From Cyanobium sp. C1_MAG_00004 (GTDB lineage: Bacteria > Cyanobacteriota > Cyanobacteriia > PCC-6307 > Cyanobiaceae), in assembly GCA_027486935.1 (NCBI GenBank), contig JAIXOF010000120.1, forward strand, positions 1-32,000: a stretch of DNA of 32,000 bases, read 5' to 3'. The notes beneath the pieces were generated by a model. It had not been told where the DNA came from and made no database searches. It was given only the letters and a program-made list of their open reading frames with translations. Position 1 is the stretch's first letter, and each line of letters starts with the position of its first letter. Shown here one piece after another: positions 23,762 to 32,000 of the stretch. A program made the translations under genes and the position numbers.

Positions 23762-25135
23762 TTGCGGCTGGGCGCCGTGTGGACGGCCTCAGATTCGTTG
23801 CGACAGCTTCTCGACAGCCTCAGCAGGGAGCAGCGCCGCAATCAGGAGCTGCTGACCTCGCTGGGCTTCGCCCTGCGCAGTTTCACCAACCTGGCCCGTT
23901 TTCTCGAGCTGGTCCCCCTGATGGCGATGCGCCTGGTGGAAGCCGAGGGTGCGCTGCTGGTCGTCTTTCATGACGATGGTCGCCTCTGGCGCGAGCAGCT
24001 GCAGGCCACCCAGTGCGAACGCTGCGCCGAGGTCCTGCGCCAGCTGGTCGCCCTCAACGACAGCGAGCTGCAGAGCCTCAGCGGTGACGAAGCGCTGGTG
24101 CGGTTTCTCGATCAGCGTGTGGCCCGCAGCCTGGGCGAGGCCCAGGTGTTTGCGACCTCGGTGGCCTGCCGCGGATGGCAGGGGGGTCGTCTGTATGTCT
24201 TCAGTTCGCGGGTCGGGTTCAGCTGGAGTGAGGTCCACCGCCGCCACGTGCAGCTGGTGGCCGATCTGACCGCCGTCGCCCTCGAGAACGATGGTCTGGT
24301 GCAGCAGCAGCGACGCCATGAACGGCTCGATCGCCAGCTCAGCACCGGCGCCGAGATTCAGGCCCAGCTGTTGCCCGACCACTGTCCGGTCATCGCCGGT
24401 GTCGAGTTGGCGGCCCGCTGCCGGCCGGCCTTTGAGGTGGGCGGCGACTATTACGACTTCATTCCCACCCGCCCCCAGCTCAGCGGGCGGCGCCGTGAAC
24501 AGGGGCGCTGGGCCCTGGTCATGGGTGATGTGATGGGCAAGGGCATTCCCGCCGGACTGCTGATGACCCTGCTGCGGGGCATGCTGCGGGCCGAGGTGCT
24601 CAGCGGCCATGAACCCGGGCGGATCCTGCATGACCTCAACGCGATGGCCCAGGAGGATCTGGCCCACTCACACCGGTTCGTGACCCTGTTTTATTCCGAT
24701 TACGACCCCCGCGCCCGCCAGCTGAGGTATGCCAACGCAGCCCACAATCCCCCGTTGATCTGGCGTCGCCAGGGGGGGCAGGTCGAGCGGCTCGATGCAG
24801 CCGGGCTGCTGATCGGTCTGCAGGCCGATGCCGCGTTCAGCAGCCAGCAGTTGGTGCTTGAACCCGGCGATGTCCTGCTCTATTACACCGATGGGGTCAC
24901 CGAGGCCACCGGCTTCAGTGGTGAGCGGTTTGAGGAGAAGCGTCTGGTCGATGCGCTGCAGCACAGCTGCCGCAGCGGCGCAACCGCCCAGCAGATCCTG
25001 GAGCAGCTGTTCGCCCGGCTTGACCGTTTCGTCGGCGCCGACCGCACCCTCGAGGACGATGCCTCCCTGGTGGTGCTCAAGGTGGATGAGGCTGTGCGTC
25101 TGCCGACGCTGACGACAGGCCCGATGGCAAGCTGA
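23762..25135 (+). CDS. PP2C/SpoIIE-family serine phosphatase with N-terminal GAF-like sensor domain (RsbU-like)
   Basis: 457 aa. The C-terminal half has SpoIIE/PP2C blocks: [56 protein letters not shown] and [10 protein letters not shown]. The track start at 23762 is a TTG. The GTG at 23777 is an alternative start. Confidence 0.8.
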   Translation: MRLGAVWTASDSLRQLLDSLSREQRRNQELLTSLGFALRSFTNLARFLELVPLMAMRLVEAEGALLVVFHDDGRLWREQLQATQCERCAEVLRQLVALNDSELQSLSGDEALVRFLDQRVARSLGEAQVFATSVACRGWQGGRLYVFSSRVGFSWSEVHRRHVQLVADLTAVALENDGLVQQQRRHERLDRQLSTGAEIQAQLLPDHCPVIAGVELAARCRPAFEVGGDYYDFIPTRPQLSGRRREQGRWALVMGDVMGKGIPAGLLMTLLRGMLRAEVLSGHEPGRILHDLNAMAQEDLAHSHRFVTLFYSDYDPRARQLRYANAAHNPPLIWRRQGGQVERLDAAGLLIGLQADAAFSSQQLVLEPGDVLLYYTDGVTEATGFSGERFEEKRLVDALQHSCRSGATAQQILEQLFARLDRFVGADRTLEDDASLVVLKVDEAVRLPTLTTGPMAS

Positions 25136-25139
25136 ACCC

Positions 25140-26549
25140 ATGGCAGTCGATTCCTCCGCCTCCACCTGGAGCCAGCGTTTCGAGCAGGGTCTGCACCCGG
25201 CGATCGAGCGTTTCAACGCCTCGATCGGTTTCGACATCACCCTGTTGCAGCAGGATCTCGACGGCTCGGTGGCCCATGCCCGCATGCTCGGTAGCTGCGG
25301 TGTGATCGGTGAGGCCGAGGCCGATCAGATCGTGGCCGGCCTCGAGACGATTCGCGCCGAGGCGGCGGCGGGCGCGTTCAACCCTGGCCTTGAGGATGAG
25401 GACGTCCATTTCGCCGTCGAGCGGCGTCTGATCGCCCTGATCGGCCCGGTGGGCAAGAAGCTCCACACCGGCCGCTCGCGCAACGACCAGGTGGGCACCG
25501 ATGTGCGCCTCTGGCTGCGGCAGCAGATCGATGCCATCGATGGGGATCTGCTGCGGTTCGAGCGGGCGCTGCTGGACCAGGCCGAGCGCCATGCGGACAC
25601 CCTGATCCCGGGCTACACCCATCTGCAGCGGGCCCAGCCCCTGTGCCTGGCCCACCACCTGCTGGCCTACATCGAAATGGCCGAGCGGGATAGGACCCGC
25701 CTGGCCGATGTGCGCCGCCGCGTCAACACCTGTCCCCTGGGGGCGGCGGCCCTGGCCGGCACCCCGGTGCCGATCGATCGCCGCCAGACCGCGACCGCCC
25801 TCGGTTTCGAGCAGATCTACGCCAATAGCCTCGATGCGGTCAGCGACCGTGATTTCGCGGTCGAGTTCATGGCCGCGGCTGCGCTGATCCAGGTGCATCT
25901 GAGCCGTCTCAGCGAGGAGGTGATCCTCTGGGCTTCTGAAGAGTTCGGGTTTGTGAGCCTCAGCGACCGCTGCGCCACCGGCAGCAGCCTGATGCCCCAG
26001 AAGAAGAACCCCGATGTGCCCGAACTGGTGCGGGGCAAGAGTGGCCGCGTCTTCGGCCATCTGATGGGCCTGCTGACCATGATCAAGGGCCTGCCCCTGG
26101 CCTACAACAAGGATTTCCAGGAGGACAAGGAAGCCCTGTTCGACGGGGTCAGCACCGTGCGCAGCTGCCTCGAAGCGATGGCGATCCTGTTTGAGGAGGG
26201 CCTCACGTTCAGACCCCAGCGGCTCGAGCAGGCCGTGGCCAGTGACTTTTCGAACGCCACCGACGTGGCCGATTACCTGGTGGCCAAAGGGGTGCCCTTC
26301 CGCGAGGCCTACCAGCTGGTGGGTGGTCTGGTCAAAACCGCCCTGGCCGAGGGGGTGTTGCTGTGCGATCTGCCCCTGCAACGCTGGCAGCAGCTGCATC
26401 CGGCCTTCGAGGCCGACATCAGTGCCGCCATCGCACCGCGGCAGGTGGTGGCGGCCCGCCGCAGCGAGGGGGGCACGGGCTTTGCCCAGGTTCAACATCA
26501 GTTGCAGCAGATGCGCAGCCGACTGGGCAGCGGTTCCCAGGAGCCTTAG
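25140..26549 (+). CDS. argH: Argininosuccinate lyase
   Basis: 469 aa with WSQRFE near the N-terminus, [10 protein letters not shown] and the fumarate-lyase signature [12 protein letters not shown]. Confidence 0.93.
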   Translation: MAVDSSASTWSQRFEQGLHPAIERFNASIGFDITLLQQDLDGSVAHARMLGSCGVIGEAEADQIVAGLETIRAEAAAGAFNPGLEDEDVHFAVERRLIALIGPVGKKLHTGRSRNDQVGTDVRLWLRQQIDAIDGDLLRFERALLDQAERHADTLIPGYTHLQRAQPLCLAHHLLAYIEMAERDRTRLADVRRRVNTCPLGAAALAGTPVPIDRRQTATALGFEQIYANSLDAVSDRDFAVEFMAAAALIQVHLSRLSEEVILWASEEFGFVSLSDRCATGSSLMPQKKNPDVPELVRGKSGRVFGHLMGLLTMIKGLPLAYNKDFQEDKEALFDGVSTVRSCLEAMAILFEEGLTFRPQRLEQAVASDFSNATDVADYLVAKGVPFREAYQLVGGLVKTALAEGVLLCDLPLQRWQQLHPAFEADISAAIAPRQVVAARRSEGGTGFAQVQHQLQQMRSRLGSGSQEP

Positions 26550-26613
26550 GCTTGCGCCGTTGTGTGGCCGCAAGGCCCGCCTGCCTGGCCGTTTCACCTG
26601 GCCTTTTCAGTTC

Positions 26614-27146
<533 letters not shown>

Positions 27147-27150
<4 letters not shown>

Positions 27151-28151
27151 AGCCCTCGCGCTTCGAGCTGCTGGGCGGCTGCGATCAGCACCCGGGCGTC
27201 GGCCGTGCGCTCTCCCGCTTCGCGGGTGAGCTGGCCGCGCCAGTGGCGTGCGCCCGGAACCGCTTCGACCAGGTGCACCAGGTGTCGGGCGATCGCCCAC
27301 AGGCGTCCGCCGCCGGCCACCCAGCGCTCGGCATGGGGGATCAGGCCCCGCAGCACCGTCGAGGCGCTCACCGGCGCCTGATCCAACTGCCCGTGGATCA
27401 GGCGGTCCACCTCGGCCCAGCGCAGCGGATGTTCGTAGACCGCACGTCCCACCATCACCCCGTCGACCTGCTGCAGGTGCTCCAGGCAGGCCGCCGTTGT
27501 TTCGAGTCCGCCGTTGAGCTCGATCGTGAGCCCGGGACGGTCGCGCTTGAGCCGGTGCACCAGGTCATGGCGCAGCGGCGGAATCGTGCGGTTCTGCTTG
27601 GGGTCGAGACCGTCCAGCCAGGCCTTGCGCGCATGAACGCTGAAGCGGCTGGCGCCTCCTGCGGCCACGGTGTCGACGAACTGCAGCAGCTCCTCGTAGG
27701 AGTCGCGCTGATCGATGCCGATGCGGTGTTTGACCGTCACCGGCAGACCACAGGCCGCCGCCATCGCTGCCACGCAGCTGGCCACTCGCTGCGGTTCGGC
27801 CATCAGACAGGCGCCAAAGCGCCCCCGCTGCACTTTTTCGCTGGGGCAGCCCACGTTGAGGTTCACCTCGTCGTAGCCCCATGTGGCCGCCAGGGCCGCG
27901 GCCTCGGCCAGCAGCACAGGGTCGTCGCCCCCCAGCTGCAGGGCCAGGGGCTTCTCGAGCGGATCAAAGCCGATCAGCCGTTCCAGCCGGGCCTGTCCGT
28001 CGGGTTCGCGGCGGGCATGGTGAATGGCCTGGGCCACCACCATCTCGGTGTACAACAGGCTGCGGCCACTGATCTGGCGCATCAGCACGCGGAAGTGCCG
28101 ATCGGTGCAGTCCAGCATCGGCGCCACACTGAAGCGGTAGGCCCTGTCCAT
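27147..28151 (-). CDS. dusA: tRNA-dihydrouridine synthase A
   Basis: Frame of track ORF 27147..28331, trimmed to the ATG at 28151. It begins MDRAYRFSVAPMLDCTDRHFR, the usual DusA N-terminus, and has the catalytic-Cys block EVNLNVGCPSEKV. The 60-codon upstream extension in the track has no DusA-like sequence. Confidence 0.85.
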
Positions 28152-28170
28152 GGCTCCATGGTGCCCAACG

Positions 28171-29463
28171 ATGGTCCCTGACGCGGTCGATGTCTTGGTG
28201 GCCGGAGGCGGCGCCTCGGGTTTCATGGCGGCGATCGTCGCCGCCGAGGCGGGTGTTGCCGCTGTGCACCTGCTCGAGGCCACCGCTGAGCCCCTGACCA
28301 AGGTGCGCATCAGCGGCGGCGGCCGCTGCAACGTGACCCATGCCTGCTGGGACCCCCGCAGCCTGGTGGGCCACTACCCCCGCGGTTCGCGGGCCCTGCG
28401 GGGCCCCTTTGCCCGCTTCGCCAGCGGCGATGCCGTGGCCTGGTTCGCCGAGCACGGTCTGGAGCTAGTGGAGGAGGAGGACGGCCGCCTGTTTCCCCGC
28501 TCCAACAGCTCCGAGTCGGTGGTGGCCGTGCTGCGCCAGGCCGCCCGCCGGGCTGGGGTTGTGTTGCACACCGGTGCGGCCCTGCAGCAGGTGAGCCGCC
28601 GTGAGCAGGGGGGCTTTCAGGCCCGCCTGCGCCTGGCTGCTGCAACCGGGGCCGCTGGCGGCACCGTGAACGTGGTCTGCCGGCGGCTGGTGCTGGCCAC
28701 CGGCGCCCATCCCAGCGGCCGCCAACTGGCGGCCGCCCTGGGTCACCAACTGATCCCCCCGGTGCCCTCGTTGTTCAGCCTGGCCCTGGCTGGCCAGCCC
28801 CTGCAGCAGCTGGCGGGTGTGGTGATGGACCCCGTCGACCTGGAGCTCAGGCTCGATTCCGACCAGGTGGAGCAGCCCCGCCACCGCCAGAGCGGCGCGC
28901 TGCTGATCACCCATCGAGGCCTGAGCGGGCCTGCCTTGCTGCGACTCACCGCCTTCGCCGCCCGGGACCTCAAGGCCACGGCTTACACCGGCGAATTGCG
29001 GGTCAACTGGACCGGGGGGCAGGGGCCCGACGCCATGGAGGCCCTGCTCGCTGACCTGCGCCAGCAGCAGGCCCGGCGCCAGATCGGCAGCTGGCGGCCC
29101 TGGCCCGCCCTGAGCCGGCGTCTGTGGCTGCACCTGTTGACCGGCGCCGGGGTCGATCCGCTGCAGCGCTGGGCCGACCTGCGCCGCGACCCACAGCGCC
29201 GGCTGGTGCAGGCCCTCACCGCCAGCTGCTACCGGGTGGGCGGCCGCGGACCCTTTGGCGAGGAGTTCGTCACCGCCGGCGGGGTCGACCTCGGCGAGAT
29301 CAATCTGGCCAGCATGGAGAGCCGCCTCTGCCCCGGCCTGCAGGTGGTGGGTGAGCTGCTCGATGTCGATGGCATCACCGGCGGTTTCAACTTCCAGCAC
29401 TGCTGGACCTCGGGCTGGTTGGCCGGAATGGCCCTGGCAGCGGCAGACCCTGTGTCTATCTGA
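28171..29463 (+). CDS. HI0933/BaiN-like NAD(P)/FAD-dependent oxidoreductase (function unknown)
   Basis: It has an FAD-binding GxGxxG motif (VDVLVAGGGASGFMAA), the family hallmark KVRISGGGRCNVTH, and a C-terminal block VTAGGVDLGEINLASMES...DVDGITGGFNFQHCWTSGWLAG. The start is either ATG 28171 (chosen) or ATG 28150 (the track call). Confidence 0.8.
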   Translation: MVPDAVDVLVAGGGASGFMAAIVAAEAGVAAVHLLEATAEPLTKVRISGGGRCNVTHACWDPRSLVGHYPRGSRALRGPFARFASGDAVAWFAEHGLELVEEEDGRLFPRSNSSESVVAVLRQAARRAGVVLHTGAALQQVSRREQGGFQARLRLAAATGAAGGTVNVVCRRLVLATGAHPSGRQLAAALGHQLIPPVPSLFSLALAGQPLQQLAGVVMDPVDLELRLDSDQVEQPRHRQSGALLITHRGLSGPALLRLTAFAARDLKATAYTGELRVNWTGGQGPDAMEALLADLRQQQARRQIGSWRPWPALSRRLWLHLLTGAGVDPLQRWADLRRDPQRRLVQALTASCYRVGGRGPFGEEFVTAGGVDLGEINLASMESRLCPGLQVVGELLDVDGITGGFNFQHCWTSGWLAGMALAAADPVSI

Positions 29464-30712
29464 TCTGATCGAAGATCGAGAACATCGGCAGATACATCGC
29501 CAGCAGAATCGAACCCACGATTCCACCGACAATCACAATCATCGCCGGCTCCAGCATCGAGGTGATCGCCTTGACGGTGGCAGCAACTTCGTCTTCGTAG
29601 AAGTCGGCCACCTTGGCCAGCATCTTGTCGAGTTCGCCGGTTTCCTCGCCGATGGCCAGCATGCCGATGGCCATCTCGGGAAACACCTTCTTGCTGGCCA
29701 GCGCCAGGCTTAATGGGATGCCCTGGGTCACATCATCGCGGCTCTGGTTGATGGCATCGCTGATGATGCTGTTGCCGGTGATCTCGCGCACGATCTCGAG
29801 CGCCATCAGGATCGGCACGCCGGCCCGGGTCAATGAGCTGAAAGTGCGGCAGAATTGGGCCGTCGCGGTCTTCTGGATCAGATCGCCGAACAGGGGGATT
29901 TTCAGCACCAGGGCATCCACCTTGCGCTGTCCGATCGGCGTTGCATAGAAGCGGCTGAACACCACCACTGCAGCCGCCAGCAGTCCCACCAGCACCAGGG
30001 CAAAGGGGGAGCGCAACAGTTTGCTTAGATCGATCATCAACTGGGTGAACAACGGCAGTTCCGCACCCAGGTCGTCAAAGATTCCCGCAAAGGTGGGAAT
30101 GATGAAGATCGTCATGCCCAGAAACACCAGGATCGCGATCGCCAGTACTGCCACCGGATAGCCCAGTGCACCCTTGATCTGGTTCTGCAGTTTGGCGTTG
30201 TCTTCGAGCAATTTGGCCAGGCGGCGCAAGGATTCATCCAGCACCCCGCCGGCTTCGCCGGCGTCGACCATGGCGATGCTCAGCTTGTCGAAGACCTGGG
30301 GCCAGCGCCGCATCGCCGGTCCCAGGGCCACGCCCTGATTGACATCCAGGATGATCGCTTCGAGGGCCCGTTTGAACAACGGCAGCTTCTGTTGTTTGGC
30401 CATCAGTTCGATGCTGCGCAAGATCGGCACGCCGGCATCGACCAGGGCGGCCAGCTTGCTGGCGAACACGGCCTTGTCACGAATGCCGGGTTTGCCTTCC
30501 AGCAGGCTCGACAGCTGTTGGCTCAGGGTGGCGGTCTGCTTGGACCCTGCTGGCGCAGCGCGGCCGGGGGCGGCGGCCTGCCGTTCGATCGATTCGGCCT
30601 GAATGCCGCGCCGGCGCAGGTCCCGCCGGGCGGCCAGGGCATCGGCTGCCTCCAGGGTTAGGGACGTGACCTTGCCGCGGCTGTTGCGGTACGTGGCGAC
30701 AAAGGCGGGCAT
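29456..30712 (-). CDS. pilC: Type IV pilus assembly platform protein PilC (GspF family)
   Basis: 418 aa with two GspF-type repeats (LAALVDAGVPILRSIELM and FSSLTRAGVPILMALEIV), three hydrophobic TM segments and a C-terminal LLAMYLPMFSIFDQI. Confidence 0.88.
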   Translation of the reverse strand: MPAFVATYRNSRGKVTSLTLEAADALAARRDLRRRGIQAESIERQAAAPGRAAPAGSKQTATLSQQLSSLLEGKPGIRDKAVFASKLAALVDAGVPILRSIELMAKQQKLPLFKRALEAIILDVNQGVALGPAMRRWPQVFDKLSIAMVDAGEAGGVLDESLRRLAKLLEDNAKLQNQIKGALGYPVAVLAIAILVFLGMTIFIIPTFAGIFDDLGAELPLFTQLMIDLSKLLRSPFALVLVGLLAAAVVVFSRFYATPIGQRKVDALVLKIPLFGDLIQKTATAQFCRTFSSLTRAGVPILMALEIVREITGNSIISDAINQSRDDVTQGIPLSLALASKKVFPEMAIGMLAIGEETGELDKMLAKVADFYEDEVAATVKAITSMLEPAMIVIVGGIVGSILLAMYLPMFSIFDQIR

Positions 30713-30725
30713 GGCGTTCCCCGGC

Positions 30726-31808
30726 TCACTGGACCTGGGCGACCAGCCGCCTGAGCTCTTCGGGCCTGGCGGTCTTGCGGACCGCCTCCTCGAGCGAGAC
30801 CTGCCGGCTCAGCACCAGATCGGCCAGCGCTTTCTCCAGGGTCTGCATCGCCAGCTGACCTCCGGTCTGAATCTGCGAGTACAGCTGGGCGGTCTTGCCC
30901 TCGCGGATCAGGTTGGCGATCGCGGGGGTGTTGACCATGATTTCCTGGGCCATCACCCGCCCGAATTCCCCGGGTTGGGGATTCTGGCGTTTGCACAGGG
31001 TCTGGGCAAACACGGCCACCAGGCTGTTGCTGAGCTGCACCCTGATCTGGGTCTGCTGAGCCGGTGGGAACACGTCCACCATGCGGTCGACGGTCTGGGC
31101 GGCCGAACTGGTGTGCAGGGTCCCGAACACCAGATGCCCGGTTTCGGCCGCGCTGATCGCCAGCTGAATCGTCTCCAGGTCCCGCATTTCGCCCACCAGA
31201 ATCACATCGGGGTCCTCCCTTAATGCCGCGCGCAGGGCATTGGCGAAACTGCGGGTGTCCTCATTGACTTCGCGTTGATGAAACAGGCTCTTGTCGCTGG
31301 TGTAGACGAATTCGATCGGATCTTCGATCGTCAGAATGTGCTCGGCCCGGTTCTGATTGATGTGCTCGAGGATCGCCGCCAGGGTCGTGGTCTTGCCCGA
31401 TCCCGTCGGTCCTGTCACCAGCACCAGCCCCTTGGGCATGCGGCTCATCTCTTCGACCACCGGGGGTAGGCCGAGGCTTTCAAGGGAGGGAATCGAGCTG
31501 CCCAGGGCCCGCAAACAGGCGGCGTAGCTGCCCTTTTGGCGGTACACATTCACCCGGAATCGGCCCACGCCCCGCAGCCCGTAGGAGCAGTCCAGCTCCC
31601 AGGTCTGTTCCAGCTGTTTGCGCTGGCTGTTGTTGAGCAGGCTGAAGATCAGGCGGTTGCAGGATTCCTCATCCAGCACCTCCTCCTGCATCGGTTGCAG
31701 TTTGCCGTTGAAGCGCCCGTACGGGGGGAGATTGGCGCTCAGGTGGAGATCGCTGCCGCCATGGCTGACCAGCTGCTGCATCAGCTCCTCCATGGAGATG
31801 GCCATCAC
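30726..31808 (-). CDS. pilT: Type IV pilus retraction ATPase PilT
   Basis: 360 aa with Walker A (GPTGSGKTTT), Walker B (ILVGEMRD), a His box (GHLVFGTLHT) and the PilT-specific AIANLIREGK motif. The start is the GTG at 31808 or the ATG at 31805. Confidence 0.9.
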   Translation of the reverse strand: MMAISMEELMQQLVSHGGSDLHLSANLPPYGRFNGKLQPMQEEVLDEESCNRLIFSLLNNSQRKQLEQTWELDCSYGLRGVGRFRVNVYRQKGSYAACLRALGSSIPSLESLGLPPVVEEMSRMPKGLVLVTGPTGSGKTTTLAAILEHINQNRAEHILTIEDPIEFVYTSDKSLFHQREVNEDTRSFANALRAALREDPDVILVGEMRDLETIQLAISAAETGHLVFGTLHTSSAAQTVDRMVDVFPPAQQTQIRVQLSNSLVAVFAQTLCKRQNPQPGEFGRVMAQEIMVNTPAIANLIREGKTAQLYSQIQTGGQLAMQTLEKALADLVLSRQVSLEEAVRKTARPEELRRLVAQVQ

Positions 31809-31812
31809 CGCC

Positions 31813-32000
31813 CTAGCGACTGGTCAGACAGTAGGGACATTCCAGCCATTCATCCTGCAGACCGCCACCGCATCCCTTGCAGGTCAGGCTGTTGAGGGCC
31901 CGGGCCCGTTGTTCTGTCTCCAGCCCCGATTCGGTCAGCAGCATGCGCTCCACCTCGTTAAGGGTGGTGTGTCCCTCGCGTACCAGATTGAGGCCATAGC
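31813..32000 (-). CDS. pilB: Type IV pilus extension ATPase PilB (GspE family), 5'-partial: only the C-terminal 61 aa plus stop are in the window
   Basis: Not in the ORF track because the start lies outside the window. My reverse-strand translation gives YGLNLVREGHTTLNEVERMLLTESGLETEQRARALNSLTCKGCGGGLQDEWLECPYCLTSR*, with the stop at 31815-31813. The G-x-TT-x-x-EV block is the usual GspE/PilB C-terminal end. The gene lies 4 nt upstream of pilT in a pilB-pilT-pilC order, as in other cyanobacteria. Confidence 0.75.
   Translation of the reverse strand, partial: YGLNLVREGHTTLNEVERMLLTESGLETEQRARALNSLTCKGCGGGLQDEWLECPYCLTSR

Overview
This is a gene-dense window of about 28 protein-coding genes on both strands, roughly two-thirds G+C by hand counts. 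Gene content and order match the origin-proximal core block of picocyanobacteria (Synechococcus/Cyanobium/Prochlorococcus lineage). The very high GC suggests a Cyanobium-like or Synechococcus subcluster 5.2/5.3-like genome. The order is: uvrA, SDR, recN (-); ABC1 kinase, DUF1400, thrC (+); a 380-bp thrC-dnaN spacer that is probably oriC; dnaN, PRC-barrel, purL, purF (+); ParC/GyrA-like, TPR, queG (-); membrane protein, DUF502, nusB, ftsY, PP2C phosphatase, argH, rbp (+); dusA (-); HI0933-type flavoprotein (+); pilC, pilT, pilB (-). Two real genes are missing from the supplied ORF track because they run off the window edges. They are uvrA (1..2988, -) and the pilB 3' end (31813..32000, -), and I recovered both by translating the reverse strand myself. 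Many long ORFs in the track are antisense shadow ORFs typical of high-GC DNA. I see no rRNA, tRNA, CRISPR array, transposase, integrase, prophage, toxin-antitoxin or recognisable defence module. I do not find convincing evidence for a novel multi-gene system, and this looks like ordinary core genome. The points most worth a second look are these: the probable oriC with only degenerate DnaA boxes and no dnaA nearby; the uncharacterised PRC-barrel gene tightly coupled to dnaN; a GyrA paralogue without a GyrA box; a lower-GC pilBTC operon sitting after the end of the conserved synteny block; a zinc-ribbon-like tail on PilB; an RRM protein with a very long Gly/Tyr/Arg tail encoded by triplet repeats; and several head-to-head or tail-to-tail gene overlaps that leave no room for conventional promoters or terminators.
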